From NCBI GenBank assembly GCA_002269645.1, contig NIVC01003338.1:33640-97639 (forward strand): a stretch of 64,000 nt of DNA. Reading direction: 5' to 3'. The notes beneath the pieces are model-generated. The model did no database searches and was not told the origin of the DNA. It saw nothing but the letters and a program-made list of their open reading frames with translations. Made by a program: the position numbers and the translations under genes. How positions within the stretch are numbered: the first letter of the stretch is position 1; every line of letters starts with the position of its first letter. Positions 46,101 to 56,785 of the stretch are shown here, in pieces. This stretch comes from Macrostomum lignano. Its lineage: Eukaryota.

Positions 46101-49100
46101 ATGCCCGAAGCACCTGGGGAACAGCAATTGCACCATTAGCCCGGGACCAAGGCTCAGGCCCAGCTTTGCCCTTGGCCTTCGAATTCTGCGCAGCCCTCGC
46201 CAGCTGCGGAATTCGGCCACGGCCCCGGCAACTCCGCGCTCTCGAGCCGAGCAAACAATTTTTTAATGCGCGTAATGCTTTGGGCCAATTTGGGTTGAAA
46301 CTTCTGCGCTGCGACATTGGCCGCTCCTGTTTCTGGGGGTATCGCCTGAAAGAACTTTGCGAAGCTTTGGAAACACCTGGCTTACCTACTTAGTTGGCCA
46401 CTGCTGCAATGGAGCTGTGTGAGATTCTCTCTCTGACTCCCAGCTGCACTGCCGCGGTGATGGAGCTGTGTGAGATTCTCTCCCTGACTCTCAGCTGCAC
46501 TGCCGCGGTGATGGAGCTGTGTGAGATTCTCTCCCTGACTCTCAGCTGCACTGCCGCGGTGATGGAGCTGTGTGAGATTCTCTCCCTGACTCTCAGCTGC
46601 ACTGCCGCGGTGATGGAGCTGTGTGAGATTCTCTCCCTGACTCTCAGCTGCACTGCCGCGGTGATGGAGCTGTGTGAGATTCTCTCCCTGACTCTCAGCT
46701 GCACTGCCGCGGTGATGGAGCTGTGTGAGATTCTCTCCCTGACTCTCAGCTGCACTGCCGCAGCCGCATATCTCAGTGGTATCTCTGGCGGGGCAGCAAC
46801 GGCCAGCGGCCTGGTTACCGCAGCCGCAGCCGCCATCATTTTTCTTTGTCTGGCCGCCGCCGTGCAGGGCCGGCGCTGATTAATGAATGGCTGCGGCCGC
46901 GGAGCCGCCCCGCCCTGCCGCGGTCGCCGCCACCGCCCAAAACTTTCATCGAGTTGCCGATGAGAGCCTCCCCGCCCGCCCGCCCGCCCGCCCGCCCGCC
47001 CGCCTGCCTTATCTTCCCGTCTCTGCGAAATCCTCTGCCGCATTAGTCAGCCGGGGCCTCAGCATTCGACGTCTAAATTCCCCCCCCCCCCGGCCCAGCA
47101 ACAGTGGCTACGAGGAGCGCCTTGGCCTTATCAGCGCCCGAAGAACCCCCGCACTCCCGCCCTCTTTGGCGCGCCGGAGGGGATGATTGTCCTCAGGATT
47201 CTGGGGGAAGCGAAGCCTGTGAATCGCTTCTGTATTGTTGTGTGCGAGTAATGCAAAAGTGCTTTGGCGCCTGGGTAGTAATATTTGAATTCTGTCTTAG
47301 ATTTCTAATGCAAGTCGAATTAAATATTATTATCTTCTGGGATGCTTGATAGCCCTCCAGATGAAGATTTGCAACCAGATTGTTCAATAACATGATCACA
47401 TCTTAAGCTCATTGTTAACTTTATTGCCCAACACATCCAACTCACGCCTCAACACACCCAAACTCACGCCTCAACACAACCACCTCACGCCTCAACACAA
47501 CCAAACTCACGCCCCAACACACCCACCTCACGCCTCAACACAACCAAACTCACGCCCCAACACACCCACCTCACGCCTTAACATAACCACCTCACCAACA
47601 CACCCACCTCACGCCCCAACACACCCAACTCACGCCCCAACACAACCACCTCACGCCTCAACACAACCACCTCACAACCACCAACACACCCACCTCACGC
47701 CTTAACATAACCACCTCACCAACACACCCACCTCACGCCTCAACACAACCACCTCACGCCTCAACACAACCACCTCACGCCTCAACACAACCACCTCACG
47801 CCTCAACACACCCACCTCACGCCTTAACATAACCACCTCACCAACACACCCACCTCACGCCTCAACACAACCACCTCACCAACACACCCACCTCACGCAT
47901 CAACACACCCACCTCACGCCTCAACACACCCACCTCACGCCTCAACACAACCACCTCACGCCTCAACACAACCACCTCACGCCTCAACACAACCACCTCA
48001 CGCCTCAACACAACCACCTCACGCCTCAACACAACCACCTCACGCCTCAACACACCCACCTCACGCCTCAACACAACCACCTCACGCCTCAACACAACCA
48101 CGTCACGCCTCAACACAACCACCTCAAGCCTCAACACAACCACCTCACGCCTCAACACAACCACCTCACGCCTCAACACAACCACCTCACCAACACACCC
48201 ACCTCACGCCTCAACACACCCAAACTCACGCCTCAACACTCCCAGATCAGCCATTCCCAGATCAGTAGGCTCCATCACGGCTGCTGCACTGTCCCCATGA
48301 ATGTCTCCCCTGCTTTCACCTGCAAGCGCACTCGCAAATCAAACGCAGGCGGCATCGCCCACCGGGACGAAGAAGCGAAAGCTGCAAGTCGAGCAGCTCG
48401 ACCATCTGGGGTCATCCGGGCTGCCGGCCCTCGGGCCCAGCTTCCAGCTGCACGCGGTGCTGATGCAGCAGCAGCAGCAGCAGCAGCAGCAGTATTTGCA
48501 ACAGCAGCTAGTCAGTCAAAACTCTTGATAACCAGGGAGCAGTAGTTGCTGTGCAATCAGCCCCTCTAACCATCTAGCAATGCAGTTCATTTCTCAAGCA
48601 CAGCTCTCACACGGCAGCCTAACAAAGCCATTAGCAAAGTACGAGTAACTGAATTAACCAGCGCTCAACTCCGGGGATTTTAACTTGGATAATTTTTGGC
48701 TAATTACTATTTCCTAACTGGAGAGCCGATCTGTGAAGTGAAGTGACCCGTCTCTCGTTTCGTCGTCAGCTTGTCAGTGCTGTGCAATCGAATTTCCATG
48801 AGCCTCTCTAATTGGCTCTGGGCCCAGCTCAAGCTCTCTGCTTGCCTGACTTGTGCCGCTTCTCCATCAACAGGCCGGGCCGCAGAGAGACTATCAGCGG
48901 TCGCCCCACCCTGTCTCAATATTTAACTTGGCATGCGACTTAGCCAGCTCTGAGCAGCAGCGATAAGGCACGGAGCTGCGAGTGTTCAGCCGCGTAGCCT
49001 CATGCCGAGCCGAAACCAACGGGCTGCTGGATCGGCTGCTTCCGCTCCAGATGTTTGGGCCTGGAGCTCCATGGCGCGGCTGCTTCCGCTCCAGATGTTT

Positions 49101-52100
49101 GGGTCTGGAGCTCCATGGCGCAGCGGGCCATTTATCGTGTCGAGTTCTCGAGCTGCGAGAATCCGCCTTCTCCCCGGGCTGGGGGCGGCTCAGCCATAAA
49201 CCGCGGGTGTCGTAAAGTCCCGCGAGCTGAAGGCCAGACTCTGGGGCGGGGGGGTGTCGGCAAGACGGAAAATGGAGACAGAAAAAAGACGAGAGAAGGA
49301 GGAGGGAGAATCCCGAGCTCTCCTGAATTTGTATCCCCATTTCGGCTGGGATTTTATTGCGCTCAAGTAATTGGCTTGCTTTTAGCGCGGAGTCCCCCGG
49401 GCTGTCTGGGACTCGCCATTTCCTTGCGATCGCAGCTGCTTCCGGCCCTCGCAGCTCCTCCCTGCTCCAAGGCGACTTGAGTCCTCGACTCTCGGAGCTA
49501 ATGACAGTCACCTGCCTGCTGGCCAGCTGCCCCCAGCTTCATCTGATGCTAATCACCTTCGCCTTTCTCAATCATCATTTCCCTGTCCGAGCTGCGCGCT
49601 TTATGGCCGCTCCTGTCCGGCAGTGTCCAAGCTGGCCGGGATGGCCGGCGCAAATTGAAGACCCCAGCTGTAATTATCGCTTCTGGTAGCTCCCACTCAG
49701 CCCGCACCTCCTCCCGGTGAGGCTGTTATGACTCAGGCGCTCGTGAGGCACCGTCTTAAGAAACTCCTAAAAAACAGCCCTGGCCTCACATAAGGTCATG
49801 GAGGTCTCGTCGCCAGATAATCACGCACAAAGGTACCTTCTTCACGAGGTATCCCTCACCCAGTTAACCCTCTCCCTGAGATACCTCATCCTGTAGTACT
49901 CTCTCCATGAGATCCCCGAGGTAACCCCAATGCAAGAGTTCTCTCCTTCTTTCCCACAACTCCGCACGCAGCCCATAAGGCTCGGGCCATATCCAGTGCA
50001 GCCGCCTGCGATATCCTTATGAGTCCCGCGGGCCGCCATCCAGTTTGGCAGCTGAGCATCGCCAGACTCAGCGCCCCCCACCCATCCGCCCCCCAGATTC
50101 CGCCCAGCATCGAGGCCCAGAGCCCGTTTGTTTTTTGCACTCTCTTCTCCCATTGCCCGGCCTTTCAGCGCGCAGGCGCCGGGAGAGACGCAATAATAAA
50201 ATTTTTACGACCCCCGCCGGGCTCGGGCGCAGAAATTCGGCGGCTGGCAGCGACGGAGGCACCGAAGCCGCCGCCGCTGGATTGCCGATCGCCAATTCGA
50301 AAAGAATTTCGAAAAATTGATTTTTTTAAAAAGAAGAAAAATAGTAGCCGAGTAATTCGGTGCAGCAACAAATGACCGTCTTCTCTGCTGAGACGCTGCG
50401 GCCGGCAGCCGAGTAGTTCAGTCTTGGCCGCAGCTGCTTCTGCGGGGCGGGGCAGCCGGGCGGCAATCAATAATTCATGAGGCGGCCGCCCGCTGAATCT
50501 CCGGCTATTAAAAATTGTCCCCAGGAGGCTCGGAATGGAACGGCAGGGGGTGTCGGGAGGGGATGCTGCCCCGCCTCCTGCTGGCGGAGTGGGACAGAAG
50601 TTAATGAAATTTCCTCCGAGCGGTCTCGAGACCCAGCAGGGGGCCGGCGACCCCTCCCCCCACTGCCTCTGCCTTAATATTTCCTATCGTTTTCTGCATT
50701 CGAAATGTATTTTCCACGACTTCCCGTTGCGTCAGAGGGCCGCTCATTGTTGCCGCAATTCCCTGGCGAGGGTTTCCGATGATGGGGCACAGGTGTATCA
50801 AAGAGCACAGCCTCCTGGTTATGATGACGAGACCGCGGTACCACCTAATCTTTGTTGCAGCAGTTTTCAATAGCACGAACCCTTTCAAATTGCAGAAGTG
50901 GTATTGTTTCTAACATTCTAACCCTGAGCACACAGCCGGCTAATCTCCATCACAAGCTGCCCAGAGCACTAAGACAGCTGCCGCTTCATCCCACTCAATT
51001 TGCCAGGTCGCCAGCAAGCGAACCGCTGTGGCCGACAGCAAGAACGGCGCCCCGGTTTACCAGCCGACCAGCCAGCAGCAGCAGCAGCAACAGCAGCAGC
51101 TGGCGGCTGCCGCCGCGGCCGCTGCCTACCACATGACTGGCGGCCCCGCCAATGCAGCTGGCGGCTCTTTCGTGCCCACCTCATGTGAGCCACTCGGGAA
51201 GGCGCTGGGCCAATCAGATAAGGAGAGGCCCACCTCATGTGAGCCACTCGGGAAGGCGCTGGGCCAATCAGATAAGGGGGCCCACCTCATGTGAGCAGAC
51301 GCTGCCATTACTCCTGAGGAAGCAGTATTTTGAGACTCGATACCGCTGAGCTGCATCTGCAATAAAACTGCGCCGCATGATTTGTCCAGCTGCTCTGTGC
51401 TGGGCAAACTGAATTTTGCATTTTCTGCACGCCGATAGGAAAACGGATGGATCCGCCTGGCCCAGGAGGCTGCGAAATTCACTGCTCGAGCGACGGGGGT
51501 CAGGGGGGTCACTGCGGAGTTTGCCTGCTCTCTTCATTTGCGGCTCGGCTCGGCCTGCTTCCCATGGGGAATCTTCGAGTTGCCCGGCCGCTTCATCTCG
51601 GCCGGCCTCAATTTCTGCGCATTTGTAGCAGACAGACGGCCGGGGAGGGCGGGTGCAGGGTTGAGAGACGTGGCGCGCCAATTTCCGAGAATCCCCGGAG
51701 CAATGAGCCCAGCCAGGCTGAGAAGTGCGGCATGGACTCTTGCAGATGAGCGCCTGGCTGCGGAAACCTGGGCTGCCCGAGGTTCTGGGGCTCTGACTCA
51801 CGCTTTCTCCTGTCTGCTGTCACTGTCTGCTGTCTGCTGTCACTGTCTGCTGTCTGCTGTCACTGTCTGCTGTCTGCTGTCACTGTCTGCTGTCTGCTGT
51901 CACTGTCTGCTGTCTGCTGTCACTGTCTGCTGTCACTGTCTGCTGTCACTGTCTGCTGTCACTGTCTGCTGTCTGCTGTCTGCTGTCACTGTCTGCTGTC
52001 TGCTGTCACTGTCTGCTGTCTGCTGTCACTGTCTGCTGTCTGCTGTCACTGCCTGCTGTCTCCCGTCGCTGTCTGCTGTCTCTCGCCACTGTCTGCTGTC

Positions 52101-52440
52101 TCCCGTCACTGTCTGCTGTCTCCCGTCACTGTCTGCTGTCTCCCGTCACTGTCTGTTATCTCCCGTCACTGTCTGCTGTCTCCCGTCACTGTCTGTTATC
52201 TCCCGTCACCCTGTCCTCCCTTCTGTCTCTCTTCTCTTCACTCAAATTTCCTGTTGTTCTTCATTTTCTTTAGTCATGGCGTATCGCGCAGCGCAAGTGC
52301 CGCAACGCCCCAGCAGCAGGCGGCCAGTCTGGCAAGACTCTGTCGCTGTATTGCCAAAATCTGCCAACTCTAAAGAAATCCTGCAGGGCAAATTGTTGTG
52401 CATTTTTTATCCCCAATTCCCCCCCCCCAGCCAGCCATAA
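30906..52440 (+). CDS. MBNL: Muscleblind-like (MBNL/mbl) CCCH zinc-finger splicing regulator. Model exons 30906-31157, 38785-38952, about 43093-43326, 48349-48510, 51007-51184, 52274-52440 (about 386 aa)
   Basis: Exon 1: [43 protein letters not shown]|GTGAGC. Exon 2: [31 protein letters not shown], which completes ZnF2. Later exons carry polyQ tracts, a KKRK basic motif and [17 protein letters not shown]...FVPTS, resembling the invertebrate Mbl C-terminal motif as I recall it. All junctions are GT-AG and phase-compatible. Exons 1-2 are secure; the exon 3 acceptor and exons 4-6 are less certain. Confidence 0.85.
31176..31495. repeat. Minisatellite, 21-bp unit ccgaatccgccccatacttca (muscleblind intron 1, adjacent to the donor)
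   Basis: Tandem copies starting about 18 nt after the donor. Confidence 0.9.
32366..32871. repeat. Minisatellite, 23-bp unit cagacaatcgagtagatggtcct, left part of an array split by the LINE
   Basis: The same unit continues at 38682-38734. Confidence 0.92.
32987..36689 (-). pseudogene. LINE ORF2 (AP endonuclease - reverse transcriptase - RNase H) with two 1-nt frameshifts (about 35911-35916 and 34041-34044)
   Basis: EN: LQINTQH, VQEPW, GDVNAHH..WGS, SDHRFI. RT: [49 protein letters not shown]. RNase H: YTDGS (frame joined), [31 protein letters not shown]. Adding one nucleotide at each of the two sites joins all three ORF-track pieces. Confidence 0.92.
36686..38401 (-). CDS. LINE ORF1 (gag-like; resembles DUF4780-type ORF1 of LOA-like elements), up to 571 aa
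   Basis: Long open frame upstream of ORF2, whose stop overlaps the ORF2 ATG. The real start may be the downstream MASNRS methionine. The domain label is from recollection of the motif pattern, not from a search. Confidence 0.8.
   Translation of the reverse strand: MSQCNSVLMDAWPGSSLVANGSPCAFGSPAGWYFAFWGPAAWFGVAALRLFACVLQEVPPFYFQPMASNRSNKPAVDDTVPPASAGAVDSSAIPPATIGDASARPVEPTLSGASEKTPATPAAKKRSTTSGAARRRLNKARRAKEGGSQTGARGQRPAAAEASQSGAVAEEGLEPTEAPAQDREADAAGRVDSPPEESSTDPRASYADAAKRQPAVVILGKDARLSPDQLKQVRSAVDGLLWKQTLKGTPLNIHSNATRDSCLLIWPSDADSGRRLLELLPEQSWDLNLAFCREDERPRTKRHRIWVPARSVVTSADELRKGLLAVNRELPAAGLVVHDTLKRTDGTGFTAILGLSDAWMRRYPHGSFINVGLWKLRIRSYEADPPRGSEQGGRDAEAAGAEAQASAQTAKANRPARQHGRAGKAERAAEGGGDRRPARSTKRRGLYQRAAEAVRTAKISQLRREVAGTPRRTSSSREGGDVPAGPNPSGQGRLETDPPAQAAGCSRALGQSEAEDPMDGGQRAANAAYCLPANRGPFAEEEPMDTGDPDPKPVSAEEEEELLAAATSDLQ
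38434..38580 (-). ncRNA. Predicted HDV-like self-cleaving ribozyme in the LINE 5' UTR
   Basis: Hand fold on the minus strand: P1 GCTCAC (38580-38575) / GTGGGT (38486-38481) with a G1-U wobble. P2 ..CGAA (38512-38500) / TTCG..GGCGCC (38445-38434). P3 GGG/CCC. L3 TACTCGT. P1.1 AC/GT. P4 hairpin 38475-38453. J4/2 GCTGA with catalytic C at 38449. Confidence 0.75.
38682..38734. repeat. Right remnant of the 23-bp minisatellite split by the LINE
   Basis: Units catgcagtcgggtagatggtcct. The degenerate edge unit agcgcagtctgtg occurs at both 32354 and 38736. Confidence 0.85.
38931..39219 (+). repeat. 31-bp minisatellite made from the muscleblind exon 2/intron 2 junction; 9 copies of the GGG|GTGAGT donor
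   Basis: Unit tacattcccatctctgccggggtgagtt(ca/ta)(a/g). Donor GT at 38953, 38984, 39015, 39046, 39077, 39108, 39139, 39170 and 39201. Confidence 0.93.
39985..40235. repeat. Pyrimidine-rich minisatellite, 24-bp unit ctctcatctgccctctcctctctt
   Basis: Tandem copies. Confidence 0.9.
40690..41610. repeat. G-rich minisatellite, 29-bp unit gctgagggacaggcagggtgggtgctcag
   Basis: About 30 tandem copies. Confidence 0.95.
42555..43040. repeat. Minisatellite, about 27-bp unit ccccagtctgtcagcgggtagccttct
   Basis: Tandem copies ending about 50 nt before muscleblind exon 3. Confidence 0.9.
43482..43975. repeat. Minisatellite, 20-bp unit tctaggggctagatcgagtg
   Basis: Tandem copies. Confidence 0.93.
44322..45232. 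repeat. Minisatellite, 26-bp unit gtggccaacccc(a/t)tgaggcacagaga
   Basis: About 35 near-identical copies. Confidence 0.96.
45634..46012. repeat. Minisatellite, 33-bp unit cccatctcaccgactcagcctccgccctcactt
   Basis: About 11 copies. Confidence 0.93.
46405..46760. repeat. Minisatellite, 51-bp unit gatggagctgtgtgagattctctccctgactctcagctgcactgccgcggt
   Basis: About 7 nearly perfect copies. Confidence 0.93.
47430..48240. repeat. Minisatellite, 21-bp unit cacctcacgcctcaacacaac
   Basis: Tandem copies ending about 110 nt before muscleblind exon 4. Confidence 0.92.
51175..51296 (+). repeat. Tandem duplication (54/52-bp period) of the exon 5 donor region; 3 copies of CCCACCTCAT|GTGAGC
   Basis: Donor GT at 51185, 51239 and 51291. 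Confidence 0.88.
51810..52209 (+). repeat. YGCY-rich minisatellite (ctgtctgctgt/cactgtctgctgt) in the last muscleblind intron
   Basis: About 30 TGCT/TGCC/CGCT/CGCC motifs counted by eye on the sense strand. No AG dinucleotide in the array. Confidence 0.92.
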
Positions 52441-52974
52441 ACCACAGGCCACAGGTGATGCCCGCTCCAAATCCGGGGAGCCCGCGGCAGAACCAACTTT
52501 CCGCTGCGCAAAGGGCCCTCGGCCCATGCGCCGGGTTGCTAGGGGGAAATCGGGGATAATGAAATATGGGATGCTGCGCCGGCCAGGCAGGGGGAACCCG
52601 GCCAAAATGGCAGGGAAATCAAAAGAACAAAGAACAGGGGAGGCAGGCAGAAATTGGCCCTCTTGGCGGGCGCAGTGCAAGTTTTACGGCTGCAGGTCGG
52701 GGCCTCCCCCGCCACCCCCACAGCGGCTGCACCAGCTGATGGTCTGTCGGGAGACTGGAGGGTCAGGCCGGGGGACGCCGAAAACTACTAGAGACCTGGA
52801 CTGGACCCCGAGCACCGCAAATGCATGTTTGCTTCAACTTTGGGCTAATTATTGTAAAGTCTTCCCGCACGGACTTAAAGTTTTATTTTTTGGAAAATTC
52901 AGCATATTGCAGCGTTGAAACTTTGAAACTTCGCCAATTGTAAGATAAAAAATCAGGAAGGAAATTCTTTGGGA

Positions 52975-53195
52975 TCCAGAATCTCATTCTGGGACTCCCT
53001 GGCCTTCCGCTCCAGAATCTCTCTCTGGGACTCCCGCTCCAGGATCTCTCTCTGGGACTCCCTGGCCTTCCTCTCCAGAATCTCTCTCTGGGACTCCCTG
53101 GCCTTCCTCTCCAGAATCATCTCACTCTGGGATTCCTCTCCAGAATCTCTCTCTGGGACTCCCTGGCCTTCCGTTCCAGAATCTCTTTCTGAGAA
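52975..53195. repeat. Degenerate minisatellite ccagaatctctctctgggactccctggccttcc
   Basis: About 6 imperfect copies. Confidence 0.8.
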
Positions 53196-53874
53196 TCCCT
53201 GGTCAGCGGCTGGCTGGGGATGCAGTTTTGCGCTCGTAAACACTTGGCGGATTCTGTGGGGAGGAGGGGCGAAGGAGGGGAGCGGGGCTTATCTTTATCT
53301 AATCCAGCTAGCAGCTCCGGCCTGACAGATCGGTGGCTTCGCCTCCTGCAGCCACCACCCCAGTGCGATCTGATGCACTCTACCTTAGCCACTGCCGAAT
53401 AACTGCGGGACTGTCTGACATTTTTTCATGCGCGGTTTTCTAATTGGAAGATTTTTCTCTCGCGTCCGACTGCTGGGTCGGTTTGGGGCAGAATTGGGAA
53501 TTTCATTTGTTAATATTGGCCCAGGTTGCGATTCTTGTGCTGATCGCCCTTTAGCCAGTCTGCGCGGGGGGCTCTCACACCGATAAGGTGGCTGGCTACA
53601 TCAGTTTTGCCAAGCCATTTCTTCTTGGAAATTCCAAATTAAAAAACAGCATCAACTGAAAGTAAAACTTACCTGATGGTGACTCAGTTTATGTTTATGA
53701 CCAAAGGCAATCTGGTCAAAAACTCACTTTCTGCTCAAGGAGAATTCCAATACCATTAACTTTATGTAGCTCTGTCTTTGTGTAATTTTTACCTGCGACT
53801 TTCTCATTTCAGACAATCCGCAGGCCGAGCTTCTCTGCACTGGCCAGTTGGTCTGGCCGTGACTCGCTCTGTGA

Positions 53875-54335
53875 GTGCTGGTGGGGTCAGGAGCTTTGGG
53901 GGGCAGTGCTGGTGGGGTCAGGAGCTTTGTGGGGCAGTGCTGGTGGGGACAGGAGCTTTGTGGGGCAGTGCTGGTGGGGTCAGGAGCTTTGGGGGGCAGT
54001 GCTGGTGGGATCAGGAGCTTTGGGGGCAGTGCTGGTGGGGTCAGGAGCTTTGTGGGGTCAGGAGCTTTGTGGGGCAGTGCTGGTGGGGTCAGGAGCTTTG
54101 GGGGGCAGTGCTGGTGGGATCAGGAGCTTTGGGGGGCAGTGCTGGTGGGGTCAGGAGCTTTGTGGGGTCAGGAGCTTTGTGGGGCAGTGCTGGTGGGGTC
54201 AGGAGCTTTGTGGGGCAGTGCTGGTGGGGTCAGGAGCTTTGTGGGGTCAGGAGCTTTGTGGGGCAGTGCTGGTGGGGTCAGGAGCTTTGTGGGGTCAGGA
54301 GCTTTGTGAGGCAGTGCCGGTAGGGTCAGGAGCTC
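53875..54335. repeat. G-rich minisatellite (ggggtcaggagctttgtg / gggcagtgctggtg units)
   Basis: Tandem mosaic of two sub-units. Confidence 0.88.
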
Positions 54336-54824
54336 AAATGCCTCGTCGCAAGTAGCTGGAGCATAATCCCATAGCTACTACTCACTGTGAGTAGCGCATT
54401 TAGGCCGCAGCCCGCCCTGTCAATTGCAGCCAGCCGCAGCAGCTGCAGCACGAAATCAATTTCTGCAACGGGACCGGCTCGACGGTCTCTTGCGAACTCT
54501 GACGAGATAGTTCAGTTTTTATGGTTTTTTGATTCAACATTTTGTCTCTATTATTTGTTTGTTTCCAGTCTGTCTCACCTCATCAGTCCCAGACTCCCTC
54601 AAGCCAATGCGCCCCTGACTGGGAATAATTCTGATTGAATCGCCTGTACATTTTCAATGTGTTCCCTACTCCAGTTTGCTGCTTGTATAAGATGGTGAAA
54701 AATAGGCTAAACTGGGAATCGAACCCGGGACCTGCAGCTCATAAGAACGATGCGATTGACCTCTCGGCCACGGCTACCCGCTTTGACAAAGCGTTGCAGT
54801 TGCTTATTTGATGAGCGCAGCTGC

Positions 54825-56785
54825 GTCCAGCGAGGAGAGGGGGGGCGGCAGCCGGAGTCACCCCATCTCAGCCCATCCGCCCCGCTGCCCAGTGAGTAGA
54901 GGGGGGGGGCGGCAGCCGGAGTCACCCTATCTCAGCCCATCCGCCCGCTGCCCAGTGAGTAGAGGGGGGCGGCAGCCGGAGTCACCCCATCTCAGCCCAT
55001 CCGCCCCGCTGCCCAGTGAGTAGAGGGGGGGCGGCAGCCGGAGTCACCCCATCTCAGCCCATCCGCCCCGCTGCCCAGTGAGTAGAGGGGGGGGGGGGTC
55101 GGCAGCCGGAGTGACCCCATCTCAGCCCATCCGCCCCGCTGCCCAGTGAGAAAAGGGGGGGGGGCGGCAGCCGGAGTCACCCCATCTCAGCCCATCCGCC
55201 CCGCTGCCCAGTGAGTAGAGGGGGGGGCGGCAGCCGGAGTCACCCCATCTCAGCCCATCCGCCCCGCTGCCCAGTGAGTAGAGGGGGGGCGGCAGCCGGA
55301 GTCACCCCATCTCAGCCCATCCGCCCCGCTGCCCAGTGAGTAGAGGGGGGGGGCGGCAGCCGGAGTCACCCCATCTCAGCCCATCCGCCCCGCTGCCCAG
55401 TGAGTAGAGGGGGGGGGCGGCAGCCGGAGTCACCCCATCTCAGCCCATCCGCCCCGCTGCCCAGTGAGTAGAGGGGGGGGCGGCAGCCGGAGTCACCCCA
55501 TCTCAGCCCATCCGCCCCGCTGCCCAGTGAGTAGAGGGGGGGCGGCAGCCGGAGTCACCCCATCTCAGCCCATCCGCCCCGCTGCCCAGTGAGAAAAGGG
55601 GGGGCGGCTGCCGGAGTCACCCCATCTCAGCCCATCCGCCCCGCTGCCCAGTGAGTAGAGGGGGGGGCGGCAGCCGGAGTCACCCCATCTCAGCCCATCC
55701 GCCCCGCTGCCCAGTGAGAAAAGGGGGGGCGGCTGCCGGAGTCACCCCATCTCAGCCCATCCGCCCCGCTGCCCAGTGAGTAGAGGGGGGGTGCGGCAGC
55801 CGGAGTCACCCCATCTCAGCCCATCCGCCCCGCTGCCCAGTGAGTAGAGGGGGGGGCGGCAGCCGGAGTCACCCCATCTCAGCCCATCCGCCCCGCTGCC
55901 CAGTGAGAAAAGGGGGCGCGGCAGCCGGAGTCACCCCATCTCAGCCCATCCGCCCCGCTGCCCAGTGAGTAGAGGGCGGGGGCGGCAGCCGGAGTCACCC
56001 CATCTCAGCCCATCCGCCCCGCTGCCCAGTGAGAAAAGGGGGAGGCGGCTGCCGGAGTCACCCCATCTCAGCCCATCCGCCCCGCTGCCCAGTGAGTAGA
56101 GGGGGGGGCGGCAGCCGGAGTCACCCTATCTCAGCCCATCCGCCCCGCTGCCCAGTGAGAAAAGGGGGGGGCGGCAGCCGGAGTCACCCCATCTCAGCCC
56201 ATCCGCCCCGCTGCCCAGTGAGAAAAGGGGGGGCGGCAGCCGGAGTCACCCCATCTCAGCCCATCCGCCCCGCTGCCCAGTGAGAAAAGGGGGGGGGTCG
56301 GCAGCCGGAGTCACCCCATCTCAGCCCATCCGCCCCGCTGCCCAGTGAGAAAAGGGGGGGGGGCGGCAGCCGGAGTCACCCCATCTCAGCCCATCCGCCC
56401 CGCTGCCCAGTGAGTAGAGGGGGGGCGGCAGCCGGAGTCACCCATCTCAGCCCATCCGCCCCGCTGCCCAGTGAGAAAAGGGGGGCGGCTGCCGGAGTCA
56501 CCCCATCTCAGCCCATCCGCCCCGCTGCCCAGTGAGTAGAGGGGGGCGGCAGCCGGAGTCACCCCATCTCAGCCCATCCGCCCCGCTGCCCAGTGAGTAG
56601 AGGGGGGGGCGGCAGCCGGAGTCACCCCATCTCAGCCCATCCGCCCCGCTGCCCAGTGAGTAGAGGGGGGGGGGCGGCAGCCGGAGTCACCCCATCTCAG
56701 CCCATCCGCCCCGCTGCCCAGTGAGGAGGGGGGGGGGGGCGGCAGCCGGAGTCACCCCATCTCAGCCCATCCGCCCCACTGCCCG
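54825..56785. repeat. Minisatellite, about 61-bp unit ggcggcagccggagtcaccccatctcagcccatccgccccgctgcccagtgagtaga(g)n
   Basis: About 32 copies with variable poly-G length. Confidence 0.96.

Noticed and set aside
49740-50153. Coding-looking minus-strand ORFs inside muscleblind intron 4
   Set aside because: Short, with no domain motif and no consistent exon boundaries.
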